Below are positions 40,471-48,099 of a stretch of 64,000 nt of DNA, one piece after another. The notes beneath the pieces were generated by a model. That model saw nothing but the letters and a program-made list of their open reading frames with translations, made no database searches and was not told the DNA's origin. Each line of letters begins with the position of its first letter. The stretch's first letter is position 1. Position numbers and translations under genes: made by a program. The stretch covers positions 32,001-96,000 of IMG/VR virus record IMGVR_UViG_3300022833_000005. One strand, given 5' to 3'. The stretch is from a virus.

Positions 40471-40535
40471 ATGCTATATTATGTCAATATTTTAATATAA
40501 TGATGTTCATCTTATAATTAGAAGTGTTATATTTG
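40471..40535 (+). promoter_or_regulatory. Promoter: ATGCTATATTAT plus -7 box TATATTTG for the lysis cassette
   Basis: Same 12-mer and same 57-bp offset as at 30608. Confidence 0.55.
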
Positions 40536-40634
40536 TTACATATATTATGTATCATCAAGCAAATTGCGTTACTTATAGATTCTGTAGATAAGCATAAAGT
40601 TTGAACATATCATCTTAAAATACTCAATGTTAAC

Positions 40635-40955
40635 ATGAGCAATCCTACATTTCAACAACAAATAAAATCAGAGTTACACAGTATGGACCAACGTTTACAC
40701 GAATTGGAAGAAAAAATGACTTCTATAGATACAAAATTAACTCAAGTTGTGGAGGCGATATTGGGTAATGCTTTAACAAAAACAGGAGGTTTTGTTAGTG
40801 ATATTGATGAACTTAAACAAAAAATAAAACTTTTAGAAGCTCAAATTGCAAAACAAGAAGAGTTTAAAAAGAAATTTTCATGGACAGTTGGGTTAATCAC
40901 AATAGCAGCTCTTATTATACAATATATAACTAATGTTTATCCTAAAATTAAATAA
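40635..40955 (+). CDS. Coiled-coil protein with C-terminal TM helix (lysis-associated)
   Basis: Heptad pattern then FSWTVGLITIAALII; first gene of the lysis cassette. Confidence 0.5.
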   Translation: MSNPTFQQQIKSELHSMDQRLHELEEKMTSIDTKLTQVVEAILGNALTKTGGFVSDIDELKQKIKLLEAQIAKQEEFKKKFSWTVGLITIAALIIQYITNVYPKIK

Positions 40956-40956
40956 T

Positions 40957-41151
40957 ATGAGCACAAAAGAAAAAATAGACATATATTTGAAGAATTGGAT
41001 TAGTAAAAAACTCCTAGCTTTTATAATTGCATGCTTTGCTTTATTTTCAGGATCTTTAACTTCTGGTGATTGGGTAATAATTGCAACAGTTTATATTTCT
41101 ATACAAGGAGCAACAGATATTGTTGAACGACTTATGGTTGCTAGAAAATAA
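40957..41151 (+). CDS. Putative holin (2 TM)
   Basis: SKKLLAFIIA..W..IATVYI..QG..D; immediately before the amidase; start at MSTKE. Confidence 0.6.
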   Translation: MSTKEKIDIYLKNWISKKLLAFIIACFALFSGSLTSGDWVIIATVYISIQGATDIVERLMVARK

Positions 41152-41152
41152 A

Positions 41153-41590
41153 ATGAGGGAAATAAATAAAATAATAATTCATTGTACAGCTACTCCTGAA
41201 GGAAGACATACTACTGTTGAAGATATCCGTAGGTGGCATGTTAATGAGAGAGGTTGGAGTGATATTGGATACCACTATGTAGTTTATTTAGATGGATCAG
41301 TACATAAAGGAAGACCTATTATTAGATCTGGAGTTCATACTAAAGGTTATAATAGAAATTCAATAGGTATTACATACGTTGGGGGTATTGATAAAGATAC
41401 TTTTAAACCAAAAGATACAAGAACCTGTGAACAAAAAGAGGCTTTACACAAGTTACTTATGGAATTAATGTGCACTTATGAAAAGGCTACATTACATGGT
41501 CATAATGAATTTGCTAGTAAAGCTTGTCCAAGTTTTATTGTAGCTGATGAATACAAAGATGTAATCAATTTTTATAATGATGATGTTTAA
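41153..41590 (+). CDS. Endolysin, N-acetylmuramoyl-L-alanine amidase (T7 lysozyme-like)
   Basis: IIIHCTAT, GWSDIGYHY, GVHTKGYN, SIGITYVGG, GHNEF..KACP; start at MREINK. Confidence 0.93.
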   Translation: MREINKIIIHCTATPEGRHTTVEDIRRWHVNERGWSDIGYHYVVYLDGSVHKGRPIIRSGVHTKGYNRNSIGITYVGGIDKDTFKPKDTRTCEQKEALHKLLMELMCTYEKATLHGHNEFASKACPSFIVADEYKDVINFYNDDV

Positions 41591-41894
41591 AATATTAAAA
41601 AATCAGTGGTTCGGAATCCTAATCATTTTTATACTACTTTGGATGCAGTGTAAAACAGATAAATCTATAATCTTATACAAAGAACAAGTAGAAACTCTAA
41701 AAGAAAAAATTAAAGAGTATCAGGAAAAAGATAAAGTGCTAAATTTAAAAATAGATAGTTTATCTAATTTAGAAGTTGCTGTGGTGGAAAGAATAAAAAC
41801 CATCAAACAAAAAGAATATGTACAAATTAAAATGGTTGATATTTTGCCTACTAGTAAGCTTCAAAAGTTTTTCACAGGCAGATATCCAGATTAA
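41577..41894 (+). CDS. Putative spanin-like protein (N-terminal TM plus coiled coil)
   Basis: TM helix then coiled coil; follows the endolysin. Confidence 0.5.
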   Translation: MMMFKILKNQWFGILIIFILLWMQCKTDKSIILYKEQVETLKEKIKEYQEKDKVLNLKIDSLSNLEVAVVERIKTIKQKEYVQIKMVDILPTSKLQKFFTGRYPD

Positions 41895-42297
41895 GAAAGA
41901 TTCAGTTGTTACATTATCTGAAAGTCAAGCTAGGAGAGTTATTAAAGATCTAATACGATATGAAGCTCTTATACTTGTTTCTTCTGAATTAGAAGACCGT
42001 ATATCTATTTTAGTAAAAAAAGAAAATGTATTTGTACAAAAAATCATAGTTAAAGATTCTATAATATCTATACAACAACAGTATATTGATATACAAGATA
42101 AGGTAATAAATACAAAAAAACCTTTAAGATTTAATGGTTTTATAGGAATTCAAACACAACAGATATCTATAGAAAATCCTATATTGTATTTTCAAACTGA
42201 AGTGGAATTTAGAAAATTTAACATTGGTGCTAGAGTATTTGTTAAACCAGATAGCTTTGCAGGATACGGATTAATAATTGAATATAAAATATTTTAA
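41818..42297 (+). CDS. Putative second spanin-like exported protein
   Basis: Signal-peptide-like N-terminus, coiled coil, beta-rich C-terminus ending in F; overlaps the previous gene by 77 nt. Confidence 0.45.
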   Translation: MYKLKWLIFCLLVSFKSFSQADIQIKKDSVVTLSESQARRVIKDLIRYEALILVSSELEDRISILVKKENVFVQKIIVKDSIISIQQQYIDIQDKVINTKKPLRFNGFIGIQTQQISIENPILYFQTEVEFRKFNIGARVFVKPDSFAGYGLIIEYKIF

Positions 42298-42298
42298 T

Positions 42299-42460
42299 AT
42301 GAGAAATTTAGAAATTGTAGATTGGAAAATAGTAATAGCTTTTCATTGGCCTCACCATAGATTTGCTTTAGGTTGGGATTTTATAAATCCTAACAAAGAG
42401 TTTAATTACACCACTATCAATTTATATTTATTGATAGCAACTGTAACAATAGATTTCTAA
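42299..42460 (+). CDS. Small hypothetical protein
   Basis: ORF track, trimmed to the ATG of MRNLE. Confidence 0.45.
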   Translation: MRNLEIVDWKIVIAFHWPHHRFALGWDFINPNKEFNYTTINLYLLIATVTIDF

Positions 42461-42571
42461 TTAAATTAATTAGCTTAAGTTTAATTATTCTAGTTATTTT
42501 AATTTTATTATAAGTTAAAATAGTGTTGAGAATATTCATACTTTTGTAATATATACTAAAAATAAAATAAA

Positions 42572-42706
42572 ATGGCTGTACCTTCTAAACAAATAAGTTG
42601 GGGAGCAACAGAAAACTTGTTATGGAATATTTCTAAACAATTAGAAAGATTAATACAAGTAACTGGAACCCCAGCAACAACAACAACTACTACAACAGTA
42701 GTATAG
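42572..42706 (+). CDS. Unlisted 44-aa micro-ORF with poly-Thr tail (MAVPSKQISWG...GTPATTTTTTTVV)
   Basis: ATG after an A-rich leader and a TACTTTTG box (42539-42546); Thr codons varied (aca/act); tandem stops TAG TAA. Confidence 0.8.
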   Translation: MAVPSKQISWGATENLLWNISKQLERLIQVTGTPATTTTTTTVV

Positions 42707-42748
42707 TAACTAGTCGCAAATTGCGACCACAAAACCACCAACTACATA

Positions 42749-43768
42749 ATGAAAGACTTAAAATTTATTTGTGCACAGCCAGATGATATATACTATACAT
42801 GGCAAGTACATCTTTGGTTAGAAAGTTTAAAAGAGATAGGTCAAATAAAGAATGCTATAGTTCTAGTATTTATACCTGCATATAGACCATTCAGTGACAA
42901 ATGGCAAAAGATTCAAGATCTTTATCCTGATGCTGAATTTAACTTTTATAAAGATGAAGAGAATGAAGTGGGTAAACTACTTTCAATATACATTCCTATA
43001 CTTAGACCTTGGTTACTTTGTAAGTATTTCAAAGAAAATCCAGCAATGTCTGATAAAGCTGTATTTTATTGTGATAGTGATATTTTATTTACAGACAAAT
43101 TTAATATAGAACAATTTATAGAAGATGAAGTTTGTTATTTATCTGATACAAATAGCTATATAAATGCTAATTATTTTGATAGTAAAGTGAATCAGGTGTT
43201 ACCTGAAAAACTTGAAGAGTATAAAAATAAAGATGTTCTTTCTGAAATAGCAAATATTATAGGAATAACTAGAAAGATTTGTGAAGATCATAATGATCAT
43301 TCTGGAGGAGCTCAGTATCTTCTTAAGAATATAGATCATACATTTTGGAGTAAAGTGATGAATGATTGTATTCTAATAAGAACATATTTACAACAAGTAA
43401 ATAGAGAATTCTTTAAAACTGAAAACGATGGATACCAATCATGGTGTGCAGATATGTGGGCAGTTCTTTGGAATTTATGGATGAGAGAGCAAGAAACTAA
43501 AGTGGTTCCTGAATTAGCATTTGCATGGGGTCCAGATCCTATAGTTAAACTAGATACACATACTATATATCACAATGCTGGTATTATAGGAACAGAACAA
43601 CAAGGAATGCCCTGTTTTTACAAAGGTAAATATCATTCTGGAATAGATCCTACAAAGGACCCTCATTTAGATGTAGTCTTGAATGATGAAAAAACTAAAA
43701 ATTATTGCACTTGGTATTATGCCAAAGCATTAGATAATATAAAAAATAAATATAACCTTAATTACTAA
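42749..43768 (+). CDS. GT-A glycosyltransferase resembling plant HPAT/SERGT peptide O-glycosyltransferases (GT95/GT96-like)
   Basis: Ordered motifs YYTWQ, YIPILRPW, YCDSDILF, SGGAQY, WCADMWA parallel Y..WQ, Y...N(R/K)PW, D.D/EPD and W..EMY of HPAT/SERGT1 as I recall them. Confidence 0.62.
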   Translation: MKDLKFICAQPDDIYYTWQVHLWLESLKEIGQIKNAIVLVFIPAYRPFSDKWQKIQDLYPDAEFNFYKDEENEVGKLLSIYIPILRPWLLCKYFKENPAMSDKAVFYCDSDILFTDKFNIEQFIEDEVCYLSDTNSYINANYFDSKVNQVLPEKLEEYKNKDVLSEIANIIGITRKICEDHNDHSGGAQYLLKNIDHTFWSKVMNDCILIRTYLQQVNREFFKTENDGYQSWCADMWAVLWNLWMREQETKVVPELAFAWGPDPIVKLDTHTIYHNAGIIGTEQQGMPCFYKGKYHSGIDPTKDPHLDVVLNDEKTKNYCTWYYAKALDNIKNKYNLNY

Positions 43769-43786
43769 CCCTTTAATTATAAACAA

Positions 43787-43966
43787 ATGGGAAGCCCAAT
43801 TGACAAACGTCCATTAAAAGCTTTTGTTAGATTCGATGGATCTGGCAGAGTAGTACCAAGTAGCTTAGTTCTACGAAGAAATAAACCTAAAGTAGGAAAA
43901 TGGCAAGAAATTGTAGCATATGAATGTTGCAATCCTACCACTACTACAACTACCACTACAGTGTAA
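43787..43966 (+). CDS. Unlisted 59-aa micro-ORF with poly-Thr tail (MGSPIDKRPLKAFVRFDG...ECCNPTTTTTTTTV)
   Basis: Clean ATG to TAA; Thr codons varied (acc/act/aca); followed by a hairpin. Confidence 0.8.
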   Translation: MGSPIDKRPLKAFVRFDGSGRVVPSSLVLRRNKPKVGKWQEIVAYECCNPTTTTTTTTV

Positions 43967-43980
43967 TGAATAAATAATAT

Positions 43981-44016
43981 AGTAAAGGGTCAAGAGTTAA
44001 TTCTTTTGATCCTACT
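43981..44016 (+). terminator. Imperfect hairpin after the poly-Thr/GT cassette
   Basis: agtaaagggtcaagag...cttttgatcctact. Confidence 0.4.
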
Positions 44017-44042
44017 GTATTATAACTAACAATAACTATTAC

Positions 44043-44330
44043 ATGCAAATAAGTAGAAAGTTTTTTCCTGAAATAATATTAGAGAATGAAAAAACATACT
44101 TTGCACACTTAGAAGGTGTAATTAGTTCTGTTGATGAATATTCTACATTGCAAATAACAAAAAGTGTAAATTCTTATATATTTAGATTAGCACCAAGTGT
44201 TCCAAAATATAATAATTTGTTATTAGAAGAAATTTTCAAATTGCATAAATTATTCAGAATACACCTAGATGTATCTAAAAGCATTAAGTCTACAGGAACT
44301 ATAGTATTTAGGATAAATTTGGAAGATTAG
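44043..44330 (+). CDS. Hypothetical protein
   Basis: 95-aa ORF. Confidence 0.55.
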   Translation: MQISRKFFPEIILENEKTYFAHLEGVISSVDEYSTLQITKSVNSYIFRLAPSVPKYNNLLLEEIFKLHKLFRIHLDVSKSIKSTGTIVFRINLED

Positions 44331-44381
44331 TAAATATTTTCATATCTTTGTTGAAATATAAACTAATAAATTAAAATAATT

Positions 44382-44642
44382 ATGGCACATTACGATTCTC
44401 AAAAAAGGTACACTTGGACTCCTGAAGACAAGTTTGAAATTACAGGACAAGAATTTGGACTAATTCTTAATACAGTTAGATCTTATTTAGCATCAGAAGA
44501 TGCAGCACGTTTTCAACTAATGCAACAAACTAATCAAGTAATTGAAAAGATTATGAAAGCTGGTGTTGAAAATGATGTTATTAAAGAAGCAGTTGATGAA
44601 GTACAAGAACCTGTAAAGAATTCAATGGAGGTGGTAAATTAA
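44382..44642 (+). CDS. Hypothetical protein
   Basis: 86-aa ORF; TATCTTTG box at 44343-44350. Confidence 0.6.
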   Translation: MAHYDSQKRYTWTPEDKFEITGQEFGLILNTVRSYLASEDAARFQLMQQTNQVIEKIMKAGVENDVIKEAVDEVQEPVKNSMEVVN

Positions 44643-44651
44643 AACATTTAA

Positions 44652-44810
44652 ATGTCAGCAAAAAAAATGATAAAACGTGCAGATGGGTCCTACAGCAAAC
44701 GAGGTTTGTGGGACAACATCCGTGCAAACAAAGGTTCTGGTAAAAAACCTACTAAATCAATGTTGGCACAAGAAAAAAAGATTAAATCTAAAACTAGTAA
44801 AAAGAAATAA
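44652..44810 (+). CDS. Unlisted 52-aa Lys-rich protein (MSAKKMIKRADGSYSKRGLWDNIRA...)
   Basis: Manual translation; tightly packed with its neighbours. Confidence 0.75.
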   Translation: MSAKKMIKRADGSYSKRGLWDNIRANKGSGKKPTKSMLAQEKKIKSKTSKKK

Positions 44811-44812
44811 TT

Positions 44813-44935
44813 ATGGCTGCAACATTCAAACCACATAAAATGTATAGTAAATCTGGAGCTGTTAAAATGGCTAATACCATGAAAGATCATTTAGATTTAA
44901 AAAAGAAAGGTTGGGGCCACACTAAAAAGAAATAA
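44813..44935 (+). CDS. Unlisted 40-aa Lys-rich protein (MAATFKPHKMY...GWGHTKKK)
   Basis: Manual translation. Confidence 0.7.
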   Translation: MAATFKPHKMYSKSGAVKMANTMKDHLDLKKKGWGHTKKK

Positions 44936-44964
44936 ATCTTACACTTAATAAAAATTGAACGTCC

Positions 44965-45219
44965 ATGGCTACACCACGCAAGGGAAAAGCGAAAGTAAAA
45001 ATAACTTCAGCAGGAAAGAAGGTTAGTTACGGTCAAGCAGGAAATGCTAAAGGTGGTGGATCAAGAGTTAAACCAGGTACTTCTAAAGGTGATAGTTATT
45101 GTGCTAGAAGTTTAGGTATTAAGAAAGGTTTATCAAAAAGTAAGCAAAACGACCCTAATACTCCAAACAACTTATCTCGTAAAAGATGGAAGTGTTCAGG
45201 AGCTAAATCTAAAAAATAA
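44965..45219 (+). CDS. Small basic protein (SYCARS...SRKRWKC)
   Basis: 84 aa, Lys/Arg-rich. Confidence 0.7.
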   Translation: MATPRKGKAKVKITSAGKKVSYGQAGNAKGGGSRVKPGTSKGDSYCARSLGIKKGLSKSKQNDPNTPNNLSRKRWKCSGAKSKK

Positions 45220-45235
45220 CAAAAAAAGTAAAATT

Positions 45236-45418
45236 ATGAAAGCAATGAAAGTAAAAAAAGCTATGTCTGGTAAAAAAATGACATACAAATCAGGTGGATC
45301 CTTAGGAATGAAATCAGTAAAATCTGGATTTGACAAAAACAAATCAATTACAAGAGCAGATATTATTGCAGCTTCTAAGAAAAAAGCTAAAATGGGTGGC
45401 AAAGTGAAAAAGAAATAA
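45236..45418 (+). CDS. Small basic protein with xKxGG motifs
   Basis: 60 aa; last plus-strand gene before the convergent junction. Confidence 0.65.
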   Translation: MKAMKVKKAMSGKKMTYKSGGSLGMKSVKSGFDKNKSITRADIIAASKKKAKMGGKVKKK

Positions 45419-45420
45419 GT

Positions 45421-46065
45421 TTACATTTGCTTTAATTTATTACCCCAAGTAGAAATACCACTTGCGTGATCTAAATAGTATTGCCATTCTTCTGGTATAG
45501 ATGTTACATCTAAATACCAGGGTGTATGTTTAATACAATAAGGTTTATCAAGTCTAATAGCATCATAAGAAAATACTGAGTGTGGTTTGTAGAGAGCAAA
45601 TGTAGTATCTACATGAGCTTCCCAACCATACTCATTTTCTTTTTCCCAATATTTTGATTCATGGGTATGTGCTTGTATTCCTATTTCAGTATTAGGTAAG
45701 TCTTCTATATCTAATGAAAACCCTATTTTAAATGCACCTGATTTATCTAAAACATTTATCATAACATCCAACCAATCTGAAGGTACATTATCATATGTAC
45801 AATCTGGATCTGCTACAATAAACATACCTTCTCTTAAGTGATCAATTGATGCATCCCATGCAACATAAGGTCCACTGTTGTTTTTTGAATAATGAACAAT
45901 TTCAGGTATTGTCTTATACCATTCTAATAAAGGAGGATAAGTAGAAGATTGATCCAATATATGGATTTCTTCCACCCTAACCTCTTTTCTTAAAAATTCT
46001 ATAGTAGCTTTAAGTGTAGTTAATAGATTTCTATTTACTATTATTGCTTTTACTAACATACACAT
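45421..46065 (-). CDS. GT2-like (GT-A) glycosyltransferase
   Basis: IIVNRN, ILDQSSTY, FIVADPD, VDTTFALY. Confidence 0.65.
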   Translation of the reverse strand: MCMLVKAIIVNRNLLTTLKATIEFLRKEVRVEEIHILDQSSTYPPLLEWYKTIPEIVHYSKNNSGPYVAWDASIDHLREGMFIVADPDCTYDNVPSDWLDVMINVLDKSGAFKIGFSLDIEDLPNTEIGIQAHTHESKYWEKENEYGWEAHVDTTFALYKPHSVFSYDAIRLDKPYCIKHTPWYLDVTSIPEEWQYYLDHASGISTWGNKLKQM

Positions 46066-46801
46066 CTAACATTTTTTGATAATCTTTTTGCCAAGCAGGA
46101 ACTAAATCAATATCTCCTGTAGGTATTTTACCTGCTAATCTTAATCCTTCTATGTGTGCTGAATGTCTTTGTATGATGTTTGGTTTAATTTCATCATCTG
46201 TACCTTGGCCAGATTGATGATAACCTCTACCACCCCACATATAAAACCAAGAAGCTTCTGAATCAGGCATTTTAGCATCAATAACAAATTGTCTACCTAA
46301 AGCATGAATTCTACTAGTAAGTGTTGTATCACCCCCAGCGTTCTCCAGAGGGCTTTTCCCGATCTCTTCCCAAACTTTCTTACTATATACTATTCCTGAA
46401 TTACCAATGCCTGTAATGTTAGTAATTGATGGTTCGTTATAGAAAATACCTGTTTCCCAATGAATAATATTAGTGTCAGCTTTCCAAAATTTAGCAACAT
46501 TAGATAAATGATTAGATAAAGCTACATCATCATCATCCCAAACAGCAATAAGTCCATCTTTACATCTTTCAATAGCATAGTTTTCTTTTTCACCTATTGT
46601 TTTAAATGTTTCATTAAGATTATATATCTTTACTTGAGGATGATCAAATACTAATTTTTGTTGTGGGTAATCATTTACTATAATTAACTCACATCTATCT
46701 TTAGGATAATCTTGTATTAGAAAACTATGTAGGGCTTCCACTAATGTGTCAACCCTTCCATATGTTATACATTTACAAGATATAAATGGTAAAATTTGCA
46801 T
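46031..46801 (-). CDS. GT2 family glycosyltransferase
   Basis: ITYGR..SFLIQDY..ELIIVND..WDDDD. Confidence 0.85.
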   Translation of the reverse strand: MQILPFISCKCITYGRVDTLVEALHSFLIQDYPKDRCELIIVNDYPQQKLVFDHPQVKIYNLNETFKTIGEKENYAIERCKDGLIAVWDDDDVALSNHLSNVAKFWKADTNIIHWETGIFYNEPSITNITGIGNSGIVYSKKVWEEIGKSPLENAGGDTTLTSRIHALGRQFVIDAKMPDSEASWFYMWGGRGYHQSGQGTDDEIKPNIIQRHSAHIEGLRLAGKIPTGDIDLVPAWQKDYQKMLDVYVSKSNNSK

Positions 46802-47112
46802 TACCAGATATGTATTATATCAAAAGGAGATAAAAGTAAAACATCTTTATCAGGAGTTAATGGAATTAACATTGCTTCTTTTAATTTAGATGGATCTACT
46901 AGTACTATATCTCCTGGTTTACAGAAATTTACTGAATTTCCAACATCAAAAACTGTAAGTTTAGACATCTTCTTTAACATTTCTCTCTGTAAATCTTCTT
47001 TTGTAGCTGAATCAACTATAATTTTACTTTTTTCATCTTTTTTAGGAACACTAACATAAATTCTGTTTCCTATAAGTTCTTTGTACGGTTTTTTAATTTC
47101 CATTTTCTTCAA
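46801..47112 (-). CDS. GroES/Cpn10-like co-chaperonin
   Basis: LIGNRIYV, mobile-loop IIV, VFDVG..V...KPGDIVLV, DII; about 100 aa. Confidence 0.65.
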   Translation of the reverse strand: MKKMEIKKPYKELIGNRIYVSVPKKDEKSKIIVDSATKEDLQREMLKKMSKLTVFDVGNSVNFCKPGDIVLVDPSKLKEAMLIPLTPDKDVLLLSPFDIIHIW

Positions 47113-47404
47113 TGTTTGTTAATTTATTAAATCGTTTTACGTCTTCTCCATGTAAATATGCTTCAGTTTGAAAGATCTCTGTTTTTTTTCTGATACCAAT
47201 AACTTTATTTGTCTTAGTGTTGATATTAGGTACTTCTTGAGTACGTTCATGCATGTCATCTAATAGTATTACTAATGTATCATCATTCATTTGTACACTT
47301 CTGATAACCTTATTTAGATTAATACTATCTGTGTATTCTTTGTATTCTACAGGATCTGTATCTTGTATTTCTTCTTTACGTGTGTAAAAAAATTGGTTTC
47401 TCAT
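47093..47404 (-). CDS. Hypothetical protein
   Basis: 103-aa ORF. Confidence 0.6.
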   Translation of the reverse strand: MRNQFFYTRKEEIQDTDPVEYKEYTDSINLNKVIRSVQMNDDTLVILLDDMHERTQEVPNINTKTNKVIGIRKKTEIFQTEAYLHGEDVKRFNKLTNIEENGN

Positions 47405-47422
47405 AATTATTAATATTTAATG

Positions 47423-47692
47423 TTAGTCGTTTTCCCAAAGTTCTTTGGAGTTTTGTATTTCTTTTATTAATGATTTGTATTGTTTTTTAGTTAATAAACC
47501 TGCTTGCCTGTGAACTATTTTATCATTCACTTTAAATATTATAATAGGTATATTCCTTATATTATATTCTACAGCTAATTTAGGTTGTAAGTCTATGTCA
47601 ATATTTGTTATTCCTTCTATTCCTTCTAATGCTTGACTTAACATTCTACACGGTCCACACCAGGTAGCACTAAATTTTAATACTTCAATCAT
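47423..47692 (-). CDS. Thioredoxin
   Basis: FSATWCGPC and the NIP cis-Pro motif. Confidence 0.92.
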   Translation of the reverse strand: MIEVLKFSATWCGPCRMLSQALEGIEGITNIDIDLQPKLAVEYNIRNIPIIIFKVNDKIVHRQAGLLTKKQYKSLIKEIQNSKELWEND

Positions 47693-48099
47693 TCTAATTT
47701 ATGTTTATTTAATAAATATTTACGTATATCATTGATTTTTTGATATCTATATATATCAGCTTCTACATTTGCATGCTCATTAATTGTCAAAAGTATAATA
47801 TTTTCTTCATCCATCCTACCTTCTGGATACTTATTTTTTGGTAGTATGTGATGAAAATATGAGCTCAAAGCTTCAGTACCTAAAAAATCACCACTAATTT
47901 CAGAAACATGAGATCTTTCTCCCCAAATCTTTTTAAATAATATGTGATTTTTATTTGGTTGGGATTTACCAACATTAGCCTTGAATTTCTTAGCTAATGC
48001 TGGTGATTGTAATCCTCTTGTACTAAGTAATTGTTTTCTAGGTTTATGTAAAAAACAATATTCAGAATCTGCAGTTTTACCACAAGTTAAACATTTCAT
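47689..48099 (-). CDS. HNH-like nuclease-fold protein with N-terminal Cys/His knuckle
   Basis: CLTCG..C..H; FHHILPK..NIILL...EH. Confidence 0.55.
   Translation of the reverse strand: MKCLTCGKTADSEYCFLHKPRKQLLSTRGLQSPALAKKFKANVGKSQPNKNHILFKKIWGERSHVSEISGDFLGTEALSSYFHHILPKNKYPEGRMDEENIILLTINEHANVEADIYRYQKINDIRKYLLNKHKLE

Noticed and set aside
42556-42741. Minus-strand 61-aa ORF with poly-Val
   Set aside because: Antisense shadow of the plus-strand poly-Thr micro-ORF, which has the promoter box and start context
35068-46801. DNA hypermodification as the role of the GT cluster
   Set aside because: Not excluded but disfavoured: no base-hydroxymethylase-type genes in the window, two GTs resemble protein-acting families, and most of the cluster sits among late structural genes
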